Notes: a model not told the origin generated them from the sequence alone. A stretch of 30,049 nt of DNA from a virus (IMGVR_UViG_3300020045_000678:1-30049), one strand, 5' to 3'; positions 1 through 8,861 are shown, numbered from the stretch's first letter. Numbers and translations: made by a program.

Positions 1-4
1 TAAG

Positions 5-69
5 TGATCCACAGGGCAAGAACCATGCCAACACATAGTTATACACAAACCATACACAGATTATCCACA
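5..69 (+). promoter_or_regulatory. Cluster of DnaA-box-like 9-mers
   Basis: TTATCCACA 61-69 (perfect) and TTATACACA 39-47 (fits TTATNCACA); degenerate TGATCCACA 5-13 and CCATACACA 50-58. The boxes at 39/50/61 are 11 bp apart. Confidence 0.65.
16..30 (-). promoter_or_regulatory. Sigma54 (-24/-12)-like motif
   Basis: Reverse complement reads TGGCATGGTTCTTGC, i.e. GG-N10-GC, matching TGGCAC-N5-TTGC with one mismatch. Confidence 0.45.
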
Positions 70-259
70 ATAGGGGTAATGCTAACGGATCAACTATCTA
101 TTATAATGGCTTTAAGGTGTGTTAACGTGCGTAATAGGGGCATGTGTGTGTATTTATATTGGCGGTATTCATAGGTGTATCCTACCACATTTAAAACGTG
201 TTTTTCACTATTCAATTTCCCCATAATAAAATATATTTTAAATATTGAGTAGAAATGTG

Positions 260-288
260 TTGACTTTTGTCTAAAAATATGGTATAAT
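260..288 (+). promoter_or_regulatory. Sigma70-type promoter for the packaging/structural operon
   Basis: TTGACT(260-265)-17 bp-TATAAT(283-288), with extended -10 TG. Confidence 0.8.
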
Positions 289-315
289 ATTATTATATTA
301 AGTAGTTAATTAATA

Positions 316-502
316 GTGTTTCTGCTGAAACGGAAACACATGAAAAGAAACCTACCCAAAAGGTTTCTTTTATAAAATGGAAAGCTCTCCAAAAGCTTTC
401 CATTTATTATATAAATGTTCAAGAAGTGTTTTAGGCACTTCTTTCACTATGAACGCTCTGTAGAGACGGAGCGTTAATTAAATTGTCGGAACTTGTAGTT
501 CC
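316..502 (+). other. Tandem hairpin array in the terS 5' leader (structured leader or ncRNA)
   Basis: Six consecutive stem-loops at 316-339, 343-371, 375-405, 421-443, 452-475 and 488-502. G-U pairs form only on the + strand. Confidence 0.65.
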
Positions 503-534
503 TCCTTCTTTATTATAAAGGTAAAAGGTGTCTA

Positions 535-978
535 ATGGTTAAAGAACTTCCAGTGTCTAAACCCCCAAGGGGTGGTAAGAGAGTCGGTGCTGGCAGACCA
601 TCGCTGGTCAGAGAAAACAACGCTAGAGCAGCGGAGGGGCTACCACCAGTTAGATTCCCACCAAAGAAACCTAAAAGTAGGGCTGACCTACCAGTAGAAA
701 CAAAGCTACGCAGACAAGAGATTTTAGCTGAGATGTTGTCTATTCGTTCTGAACACATCGTTAAGAGAGTTTTAGATAAAGCTCTAGATGACAATGATAA
801 AGACCAAATGGAATGTATTAAGATTGTGATGGATAGGATTCTTCCTAAAGATTACATTGCTAAGAGTGGTGGACGTTCTGGAGCTATCCAAATTAACATC
901 AGTGGTATTGGTCAGATAGAAACAGCCATAGAGGAAATTGTCCCTGAACAAGACTATATTGAAGGGGAAATATCATAA
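535..978 (+). CDS. terS: Putative terminase small subunit
   Basis: Immediately upstream of terL; basic N-terminus with RGGKRVGAGRP, helical core, IQINISG C-terminal strand; AAGGTG RBS. Confidence 0.65.
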   Translation: MVKELPVSKPPRGGKRVGAGRPSLVRENNARAAEGLPPVRFPPKKPKSRADLPVETKLRRQEILAEMLSIRSEHIVKRVLDKALDDNDKDQMECIKIVMDRILPKDYIAKSGGRSGAIQINISGIGQIETAIEEIVPEQDYIEGEIS

Positions 979-2231
979 CCACACTTAACGTAAAGCTTCA
1001 TGCAAAACAGCTAGAAGTGTTTAATGACAAGGCTCGATTCAGAGTTGTTGCCGCAGGGAGGCGTTTTGGTAAATCTCGACTAGCCGCATGGGAACTTCTG
1101 ATACATGCTCTACAAAGTACAGATAAAGATGTTTTCTATGTAGCTCCAACCTATCAACAAGCTTCTGATATTATGTGGAGTATGTTAAAAGAATTGGGTC
1201 ATGAAGTTATTAAGATGGCTTATGAACAAACTAAAGTTCTTCTTCTAGTTAATGGTCGTAAGATATTCCTTAAAGGGGCAGATAGACCAGACACTCTACG
1301 GGGTGTTGGACTTGCTTTCTTAGTAATTGATGAATATGCCGATATTAAACCTATGGTGTGGGAGCAAATCCTTAGACCAGCTCTAGCAGACGTTCAAGGT
1401 GGAGCCATGTTTATTGGTACTCCTAAAGGACGTAATCACTTCTATGAGTTGTTTAAATATGCAGATACAGGGAAAGATGAAGAGTGGTCAACACACCACT
1501 TTACTTCTTATGATAATCCTCTTATCCCTAAAAAGGAAATTGAAGCCGCTCAAGTGTCTATGTCTAGTTTTGCTTTTAGACAAGAGTTTATGGCGTCTTT
1601 TGAAGCCGCATCTAGGGATGTGTTTAAACCTGAATGGATAGTCCACGATGATGAAGAGCCAGAAGACGGTAAATACTTTGTCGCAATTGACTTAGCTGGT
1701 TTCTTAGATGAAGATAAGCAGTCAGGGAATAAGAATAAAAAGCTAGATGATACAGCCATTGCTGTCGTCAAAGTAGGGGAATATGGTTGGTGGGTGGCGG
1801 AGATTCGCTCTGGTAGATGGGGTATTAAAGAGACAGCAGAAGAGATTATGGCTGTTGCTCTTAAGTATGAACCTACAGCTATAGCCATTGAGAAAGGTAG
1901 TTTAAAGAATGCCTGTCTCCCCTACATCAAAGACCTCATGCGTACACATAACAATTACTTTAGAATAGATGATGTTACTCATGGAAATCAAAAGAAAACT
2001 GATAGGATTGTATGGGCATTACAAGGTAGGTTTGAGCATGGTAAAATCTCTCTTAACTATGGAGATTGGAATAACAAGTTTGTTGACCAACTTACAAACT
2101 TTCCTAATAGTCAGATTCATGATGACTTGGTTGATGCTCTTGCTTATATTGACCAAATTCAAGTAGTAGAGTATTACCAAGATTACGAAGACGATGAGTA
2201 TGAAGTGCTAGACTCTATAAGTGGATATTAA
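975..2231 (+). CDS. terL: Terminase large subunit; probable start is ATA at 975 rather than GTG at 1017
   Basis: Walker A AGRRFGKS, Walker B LVIDE, GTPKG motif, RNase H-like IDLAG and HDDLVDALAY. The in-frame extension TTLNVKLHAKQLEVF contains the Q-motif and follows the SD AAGGGG. Confidence 0.95.
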   Translation: MTTLNVKLHAKQLEVFNDKARFRVVAAGRRFGKSRLAAWELLIHALQSTDKDVFYVAPTYQQASDIMWSMLKELGHEVIKMAYEQTKVLLLVNGRKIFLKGADRPDTLRGVGLAFLVIDEYADIKPMVWEQILRPALADVQGGAMFIGTPKGRNHFYELFKYADTGKDEEWSTHHFTSYDNPLIPKKEIEAAQVSMSSFAFRQEFMASFEAASRDVFKPEWIVHDDEEPEDGKYFVAIDLAGFLDEDKQSGNKNKKLDDTAIAVVKVGEYGWWVAEIRSGRWGIKETAEEIMAVALKYEPTAIAIEKGSLKNACLPYIKDLMRTHNNYFRIDDVTHGNQKKTDRIVWALQGRFEHGKISLNYGDWNNKFVDQLTNFPNSQIHDDLVDALAYIDQIQVVEYYQDYEDDEYEVLDSISGY

Positions 2232-2239
2232 GGAAAATT

Positions 2240-4198
2240 ATGAGTGATGAAAAATTAGTTGGTTGGGTAAATGAGAAGTTAGACTTATGGAGAAGTCATA
2301 GGGACGATAATTATCTAACTAAATGGGATGAATACGAGCGTATCTGGCGTGGGGTTTGGTCTGGGTCAGATAAACAGCGTGAGTCAGAGCGTAGCCGCAT
2401 TATTTCTCCAGCTACACAGCAAGCCATTGAAAGCCACACATCAGAGATTGAAGAGGCTCTATGGGGTACTGGTGCCGATTTGTTTGATATTCGAGACGAC
2501 ATTGGAGACCAAGACCCTACAGACATCGAATCTGTTAAAGCTTACATGAAGCAATGCTTTAAGAAGAACAAACTTCGTAAAAATGTCTCTGATATTCTAT
2601 TACTAGGTAGTATTTATGGTACTGGTATCGGTGAACTTGTCTTATCAGAAGAGTTTGAATATGTTCCAGACACACAGCCTATTGCAGAATCAGATGCTAG
2701 TATGGTTGGTGTGACTAAGAAAGAGTATGTTTCTGTAGTTTTACGCCCTATTAACCCTCGTAATTTCATCATTGACCCTTCTGCTACTTCTATTGAAGAG
2801 GCTATGGGTTGTGCTGTCGAAGAATACATGGGTGCTCACATCATTGCTAAAGGTATGGAAGATGGTGTCTACTTTACTAAAGACCTTTCTCCAGAACATG
2901 ACGACCTTAGCCTAGAATCTTCATCTATCGACCAACCAGCACAAGACGGGAGAGTTAAAATCCTTCGTTATTATGGTTTAGTCCCTCTAAAACTACTAGA
3001 TGATTTAGAAGAAGAGAAAGATGAATTAGAAAAAGAGTTTGAGGATGAGGGAAACGCCCTTTTAGAGGAGTATGGAGAGCTTGTAGAGGCAATTATTGTT
3101 ATAGGCAATGGTTCTGTATTGCTTAAGGCAGAAAAAACTCCTTACATGATGAAAGACCGACCTATGGTCGCTTATCAGGATGATACCTCTCCTAATAGAT
3201 TCTGGGGTCGTGGTATTGCTGAGAAGGGCTACAATATGCAAAAAGCTATTGATGCTCAATTACGTAGTCACATGGATAGTTTAGCTCTAACTACTGTCCC
3301 TATGATGGGTATGGATGCGACACGTCTTCCTAGAGGTAGTAAATTCGAGGTAAAACCTGGAAAATCTGTGCTTACTAATGGTAATCCTTCTGAAATTCTT
3401 ATGCCCTTTAAGTTTGGTCAAACAGACCCAGCTAATATCGAGACAGCAGGTAAGTTTGAAGGGATGCTCTTACAAGCAACAGGTACATTAGACACTTCTA
3501 ACATGCAAGGACAAGTAGCTGGTGGAGAACTTTCTGTAACACTATCTGGAATTATTAAAAAGAACAAACGTACTCTAGTAAACTTCCAAGAATCCTTCTT
3601 AATTCCGTTTATTGAAAAGGCGGCATGGAGATTCATGCAATTTGACCCTGACCATTTCCCAGTGAAAGACTTTAAGTTTGTTCCTATGGGTACGTTAGGT
3701 ATGTTAGCTCGTGAAGTTGAGCAACTACAATTCATTAATCTTCTAAAAACACTAGGTACTGATAATGCTATTATGCCTATGTTGCTACAGGGTGTCATTG
3801 AGAATAGTGCTCTTCCTAATAAAGAGGTGCTTCTAAAACAATTACAACAATCAATGCAACAAACTCCTGAACAAGAGCAACGTCAACAGATGGCTATGCA
3901 AATGGAACTCCAAACAGCTCAAGCTGAACTTGGTAAACTTGTTTCTGAGGTTGAGGTTAATAAAGCACTTGCTACTAAGTATATTATTGAAGCTAAATCT
4001 AAACCAGAAGAAGTAAGAGCTAAAATGATTGCCGCGGCGTCTACAAATCTACCAAATGACGACGATAAGGTCGGGGCTGAGTTTGATAGACGAGTTAAAA
4101 TTGCTGAGTTAATGCTGAAAGAGGCTGATATGGATAATAATGCTAAGATTGTCCAACAACAAATGACGCAAACTGTCAAGGAAGGGTCTAATGGCTGA
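2240..4198 (+). CDS. Portal protein
   Basis: 652 aa directly after terL; NFIIDP and FWGRGIAE motifs; Q-rich coiled-coil C-terminus as in podovirus portals. Confidence 0.88.
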   Translation: MSDEKLVGWVNEKLDLWRSHRDDNYLTKWDEYERIWRGVWSGSDKQRESERSRIISPATQQAIESHTSEIEEALWGTGADLFDIRDDIGDQDPTDIESVKAYMKQCFKKNKLRKNVSDILLLGSIYGTGIGELVLSEEFEYVPDTQPIAESDASMVGVTKKEYVSVVLRPINPRNFIIDPSATSIEEAMGCAVEEYMGAHIIAKGMEDGVYFTKDLSPEHDDLSLESSSIDQPAQDGRVKILRYYGLVPLKLLDDLEEEKDELEKEFEDEGNALLEEYGELVEAIIVIGNGSVLLKAEKTPYMMKDRPMVAYQDDTSPNRFWGRGIAEKGYNMQKAIDAQLRSHMDSLALTTVPMMGMDATRLPRGSKFEVKPGKSVLTNGNPSEILMPFKFGQTDPANIETAGKFEGMLLQATGTLDTSNMQGQVAGGELSVTLSGIIKKNKRTLVNFQESFLIPFIEKAAWRFMQFDPDHFPVKDFKFVPMGTLGMLAREVEQLQFINLLKTLGTDNAIMPMLLQGVIENSALPNKEVLLKQLQQSMQQTPEQEQRQQMAMQMELQTAQAELGKLVSEVEVNKALATKYIIEAKSKPEEVRAKMIAAASTNLPNDDDKVGAEFDRRVKIAELMLKEADMDNNAKIVQQQMTQTVKEGSNG

Positions 4199-5066
4199 TT
4201 TAATTAAGTCCATCTTTGCAATGGACGATAAACAAACAGACGAACTCTTAGCCTCGATTCTAACTCGTCCTACCAAAGAATTAGCTACTAAAATAGCTGA
4301 TTTGGATTCTAAAATCGCTAATGTTAAAACCTTAGTCCCCGAAAAGGGGGACAAGGGAGATAAAGGTGATGCTGGAGCCGTAGGTAAGAATGGACGAGAT
4401 GGTAGGGATGGTCGAGACGGATTTAACGGTAAGGATGGTCGGGCAGGTGTTGATGGCAAAGACGGGCAGGATGGAGAGAACGGTGTCTCTATTGTTGATG
4501 TTGAGATTGCTTTAGATAATCACCTTGTTATTACCCTCTCTAACGGAGAAGAAATAGATGCAGGTACTTTATCTTCTAATGACGGTCAAGACAACTTCTT
4601 TATTTCTACATCTCCTCAGTCTTCTGGTGGTGGGTCTTCTCTCTCAATTAAAGATGAAGGTGTCTCCTTAACCTCAGCAGTAACAGAGATTAATTTTACT
4701 GGTACTGGAGTAACCGCTTCTTCTGTGGGTGATGTAGTCACTGTAAACATTGCTTCTGGCGGTGGTGGTGCTTCTCAGGGCATTGGTGAATGTACCTTTA
4801 ATTTTGGTAGTGGTAAAGGTTCAACTAAGTCTAGTCAAATCTTTGTCCCTGCTATTGGTATGTTATCTACTAGCGAAGTTAAAATTTATATAGACGGAAC
4901 TGATAGTACAGTAGACCACAACGAAGAAGAACATAGATTAATAGGTTCTGTTGGATTTGGAGCTTATCCAAACTTTAAAGACGATGATGGGTTTTTTGCT
5001 GAGGCTTTTAGCACATTACAACTAACTGGAACGGTAAAATGTCGTTTTAGCTGGATTACAATTTAG
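4191..5066 (+). CDS. Collagen-like (Gly-X-Y) structural protein
   Basis: GDKGDKGDAGAVGKNGRDGRDGRDGFNGKDG repeat; LSIKDEG..INFTGTGV fibre-type segment. Confidence 0.75.
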   Translation: MADLIKSIFAMDDKQTDELLASILTRPTKELATKIADLDSKIANVKTLVPEKGDKGDKGDAGAVGKNGRDGRDGRDGFNGKDGRAGVDGKDGQDGENGVSIVDVEIALDNHLVITLSNGEEIDAGTLSSNDGQDNFFISTSPQSSGGGSSLSIKDEGVSLTSAVTEINFTGTGVTASSVGDVVTVNIASGGGGASQGIGECTFNFGSGKGSTKSSQIFVPAIGMLSTSEVKIYIDGTDSTVDHNEEEHRLIGSVGFGAYPNFKDDDGFFAEAFSTLQLTGTVKCRFSWITI

Positions 5067-5075
5067 GAGATTTAA

Positions 5076-6509
5076 ATGGCAGGTATTAAAATTGAAAGCG
5101 GTTCAAACACAGCAGGTTCTCCTAATGTGGATAGTAATTATAACTTAAATGTAGCTTTAAGTAATGTTCCAGCTAGTGTTGGTGGAGTTCGTCTTTTTAG
5201 TGAAAACGATGCTGGTAATGTTACTGGTGTCCCCTATTTAAAATCTCCTGAAACATCTCCTGACTTCCGTTTGCGCGTAGGTGTGGATAGTGTTTGGGAC
5301 GATGATAACTTTAATTATACAGCTCAAAACTTTAATAAGCATAAGTATACGTCTAATACCCTAACGATGACGTGGGCTGGCGGTTTCTTAAACACTAATG
5401 GTGCTAACGTAACAACCACAGCTACTGGTTGTCAGTTGCAAACCTACCGTCACTTCCCTATTCAAGGTAGTGGTGCTGTTTATTTTGAAACTGCTATGGC
5501 TCTTTCTAATACACCAGTAACAAACTGGACGTTAGATTTTGGTGGCTTCCTCCCTGCAACAGCTTCTACATCAATTCCATTAGATGGTGTTTATTTCCGA
5601 GTAAACTCTACAGGTGTTTTTGGCGTAGTCAATGTCAACGGTACAGAATCAACAACCGCAGTGTTTGATTTCACTCCAGCAATTAACCACGTATATAAAT
5701 ATAATATTACAATGTCTGATTCAGAAGTTGAATTCTGGATTGATGATGTTCTTTATGGTGAAAAAGCTAAACCAGTAGCCACAGGTTCTACTATTTATGC
5801 TGGCTCTGTTCCTTTTGCTATTAGACACCATCATACAGGTGTTACTTCGGCAGTTATTAATGCTAAGTTTTCAAACTACACAGTTTCTATTAGTGACATG
5901 GATAATGTGCGTGCATGGGCTAGTAATAAAGCAGGGCACGGTTTATCTGGTTTAAATGCTCCTTCTGGCGGTGCCGCTGGACAAACGGCTAATAATGTAA
6001 ACTCCACAGTGCCAGCCACAGCTACTCTATCTAATACAGCCGCAGGTTACGCAACATTAGGAGGTAGGTTTGTCTTTGCCGCCATAGCTGGGTCTGAGAC
6101 AGATTATGCTTTGTTTGCCTATTTAAATCCAGTCCCAACTACCCTATTGACAGGTCGAAACTTAGTTATCAGAGGTATTTGGATTGAAACTTATAATGCT
6201 GTAGCGGCTGTTGCCGTAACTCCCACAGTATTAGAATGGACTCTTGGCGTTGGTTCTACAGCAGTGTCGCTAGCTACAACAGATGCAGCTGCAACACGCT
6301 CTCCTAAACGTATTTCATTAGGTAGTCAATCATTTGTAGTAGGAACTTTAGCTGGCGCTAACTCAGAGCGTGTCGATATTAACTTAGATGCTCCAGTAGT
6401 AGTAGAGCCTAGTACATACGCCCATGTTATCTTAAGAGTTCCTTATGGTACGGCTACAGCAACAGAATTGTTCCGTGGTCAAGTTGGTATTAACGCTTAT
6501 TGGGAATAG
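5076..6509 (+). CDS. Large beta-rich virion protein (fibre/decoration, possible lectin-like domain)
   Basis: 477 aa, T/A/G/S/N-rich; VEFWIDD motif resembling a ConA/LamG-like fold; strong AGGAG RBS. Confidence 0.5.
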   Translation: MAGIKIESGSNTAGSPNVDSNYNLNVALSNVPASVGGVRLFSENDAGNVTGVPYLKSPETSPDFRLRVGVDSVWDDDNFNYTAQNFNKHKYTSNTLTMTWAGGFLNTNGANVTTTATGCQLQTYRHFPIQGSGAVYFETAMALSNTPVTNWTLDFGGFLPATASTSIPLDGVYFRVNSTGVFGVVNVNGTESTTAVFDFTPAINHVYKYNITMSDSEVEFWIDDVLYGEKAKPVATGSTIYAGSVPFAIRHHHTGVTSAVINAKFSNYTVSISDMDNVRAWASNKAGHGLSGLNAPSGGAAGQTANNVNSTVPATATLSNTAAGYATLGGRFVFAAIAGSETDYALFAYLNPVPTTLLTGRNLVIRGIWIETYNAVAAVAVTPTVLEWTLGVGSTAVSLATTDAAATRSPKRISLGSQSFVVGTLAGANSERVDINLDAPVVVEPSTYAHVILRVPYGTATATELFRGQVGINAYWE

Positions 6510-6521
6510 TTTAAATAATAC

Positions 6522-6550
6522 TTGACAAACTCTTTTATTTATGGTATAAT
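6522..6550 (+). promoter_or_regulatory. Consensus sigma70 promoter for head genes
   Basis: TTGACA(6522-6527)-17-TATAAT(6545-6550), with extended TG. Confidence 0.85.
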
Positions 6551-6568
6551 GTTATTATACAATACACT

Positions 6569-6597
6569 ATTATAACACATTTCAATGAAAGGTGCAA
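6569..6597 (-). promoter_or_regulatory. Antisense sigma70-like promoter facing the head promoter
   Basis: Minus strand TTGCAC(6597-6592)-17-TATAAT(6574-6569), with extended TG. Confidence 0.55.
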
Positions 6598-6601
6598 TAG
6601 C

Positions 6602-6844
6602 TTGGAGAAAGAATTAGCTAAGTATTATGAAGAAAGATTTTCTACAATGTCTACCAAAGGATGGCAAGATTTTGTAGAAGACACTAAAGAAATCTACGAC
6701 GTTTACAACAATCTCTTTAATGTTTCTAGTGCTGAGGATTTATACTTTAAAAAAGGACAACTGGATATTCTTAATTGGATACTCACCTTAAAAGAAGTTT
6801 CCACTAAAACATACGAGGATTTACAACGTGAAGAAGATATTTGA
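6602..6844 (+). CDS. Small phage protein (TTG start)
   Basis: 80 aa; KGW..FVED and LYFKKGQLDIL segments; lies between the portal and scaffold genes; AAAGGTG RBS. Confidence 0.7.
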   Translation: MEKELAKYYEERFSTMSTKGWQDFVEDTKEIYDVYNNLFNVSSAEDLYFKKGQLDILNWILTLKEVSTKTYEDLQREEDI

Positions 6845-7058
6845 TTTTAAATGTACCCAGTGCTCTCATGAATTTGAGGAACTCACTGAGTATAAACAAA
6901 TAGCTGAATGTCCTTTGTGTAGTGGTGAGGCTAATAAGATGATTACTAGTCCCTCCATTAAACTTGAGGGTATTACAGGTAGTTTTCCAGACGCGGCAAG
7001 CGCATGGGTAAAAAAACATAAACAACAACTTGCTAAAGAGACAAAGCTACAAGGCTAG
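6828..7058 (+). CDS. FmdB-like zinc-ribbon protein
   Basis: FDFKCxxCxHxFE...CPxC motif. Confidence 0.75.
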   Translation: MKKIFDFKCTQCSHEFEELTEYKQIAECPLCSGEANKMITSPSIKLEGITGSFPDAASAWVKKHKQQLAKETKLQG

Positions 7059-7098
7059 TCCTTTCTAGATAATGCTTTACGCACTGGAGAAATAAAAT

Positions 7099-7860
7099 AT
7101 GGCAGATTTAAACGAAGACGAATTTGAAACATCTCTTGACTCTTTGGAAACAGAGAATAACCAAGTTACAGATGAAGTTGTAGAGGACATTTTACCTGAG
7201 AAATATAAAGGTAAGTCAGCTAAAGAAATCATTGCAATGCACCAAGAAGCTGAAAAGCTAATTAGTAAGCAGGGTGGTGAGGTCGGAGAACTTCGGAAAG
7301 TAGTAGATGATTTTATTAAATCGCAAACTTCTAAAGAATCAACAACTATCGAATCAGACTTTGATGAAGATGAATTTTATACAGACCCTAAAAAAGCTGT
7401 AGCAAGGGCAATTGAAAACAACCCAGATGTTAAGGCGGCGAAACAAGCTTCCGTAGCAATGAAACGTGAACGAGTTTTATCTGAACTTGGAAACAAACAT
7501 CCAGAGTTTATGGAGACAGTGCAAAATGCTGACTTTGTAGAATGGATTAAGGCTTCTAAGGTTCGTACAGAACTGTATGCACGGGCAGAATCTCAATTTG
7601 ACTTTGACTCCGCTGACGAACTTCTTTCGTCTTGGGAAGAGAGAACTAAAGTGAATAAACAAATAGCTGAAACTGCGGATTTAGACCGCAAACAACAAAT
7701 TAAAGCGGCTAGTGTTACTTCTAAAGGAAACTCTGAACCTGTAGGTAAGAAAATCTATCGTCGAGCTGATATTATTGATTTGATGCAAAAGAATCCCGAA
7801 CGGTATCGTGCTTTATCAGATGAAATTCTAAAAGCCTACGCCGAAGGTCGGGTAAAATAA
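7099..7860 (+). CDS. Capsid scaffolding protein
   Basis: Acidic helical protein directly before the major capsid gene; LPEKYKGKS motif and EILKAYAEGRVK C-terminus. Confidence 0.8.
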   Translation: MADLNEDEFETSLDSLETENNQVTDEVVEDILPEKYKGKSAKEIIAMHQEAEKLISKQGGEVGELRKVVDDFIKSQTSKESTTIESDFDEDEFYTDPKKAVARAIENNPDVKAAKQASVAMKRERVLSELGNKHPEFMETVQNADFVEWIKASKVRTELYARAESQFDFDSADELLSSWEERTKVNKQIAETADLDRKQQIKAASVTSKGNSEPVGKKIYRRADIIDLMQKNPERYRALSDEILKAYAEGRVK

Positions 7861-7880
7861 ATTAACTAAAAGGAAATAAA

Positions 7881-8804
7881 ATGGCTTTAGGTGCTAATCA
7901 CGTAACCACAACTACTGCGGCTACGTTCATTCCAGAATTATGGTCTGATGAAATTATCGCGGCATACAAGAAAAATCTTGTAGCTTCGAATCTCTTTAAA
8001 AAAATGGACTGGGTTGGTAAAAAAGGCGATACTATTCATATCCCTTCTCCAACTCGTGGTACAACTTCTCAGAAAGCTTCTCAAACAGCAGTTAACTACC
8101 AAGCGGCTACCGAAGCTGACGTACCTGTTGTTATTGATCAGCATTGGTACTATGCTCGTATTATCGAGGATATTGTAGAGAAACAAGCATTAGCTTCACT
8201 ACGTCAGTTTTATACAGACGATGCTGGTTATGCTTTAGCTCGTCAAGTAGATACAGCAATGATTCAATTGGGTCGTGGCTTTAACTCAGGCGGTGGTACT
8301 AGTGCTTATTCAGGTGCTTTGTCAGGTGCTGATGGTACTACTGCTTATGTAGCTGGTGCTAACACTGGTTTAGGTGCTTTAACTGATGCGGCAATTCGTC
8401 GTACAATCCAACGTCTTGATGATAATGACGTACCAGTAGAAGGTCGCTTCTTACTAGTTCCTCCTTCTAGCCGTAACACATTGATGGGTATTGCTCGATA
8501 TACAGAGCAAGCATTCGTTGGTGAGGTTGGTGGGAACAACACTATCCGTAACGGTGAAATTGGTAACTTGTATGGTATTCCAGTGTTTGTTACTTCTAAC
8601 GCTGATACTACTTCTGGTTCTACAGCTTGCCGTATTGCTTTGATGGGTCACAAAGATTCTGCTGTGTTAGTAACACAAATGAATGTTCGTACTCAAACAG
8701 AGAACGACATTGACTGGCTAGGTACTAAATATGTATCTGACATTCTTTATGGTACTAAAGAATTGCGTGATGGTTCTGCCTTTGCTTTAGCTGTACCAGC
8801 CTAA
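7881..8804 (+). CDS. Major capsid protein
   Basis: FIPELWSDEI, KGDTIHIP, GEIGNLYGIPV and YGTKELR motifs; strong RBS; followed by a terminator. Confidence 0.93.
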   Translation: MALGANHVTTTTAATFIPELWSDEIIAAYKKNLVASNLFKKMDWVGKKGDTIHIPSPTRGTTSQKASQTAVNYQAATEADVPVVIDQHWYYARIIEDIVEKQALASLRQFYTDDAGYALARQVDTAMIQLGRGFNSGGGTSAYSGALSGADGTTAYVAGANTGLGALTDAAIRRTIQRLDDNDVPVEGRFLLVPPSSRNTLMGIARYTEQAFVGEVGGNNTIRNGEIGNLYGIPVFVTSNADTTSGSTACRIALMGHKDSAVLVTQMNVRTQTENDIDWLGTKYVSDILYGTKELRDGSAFALAVPA

Positions 8805-8815
8805 GTAGTCTAAAT

Positions 8816-8843
8816 AAGACCCCCTTCAAAAGAGGGGGTTTTT
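8816..8843 (+). terminator. Rho-independent terminator after the major capsid gene
   Basis: AAGACCCCCTTC-AAAA-GAGGGGGTTTTT. Confidence 0.85.
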
Positions 8844-8861
8844 ACGTTCAAAGGAAATAAA

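Noticed and set aside
316-502. CRISPR array or tRNA cluster
   Set aside because: The hairpins differ in sequence, with no repeat-spacer periodicity, no cloverleaf and no T-loop consensus
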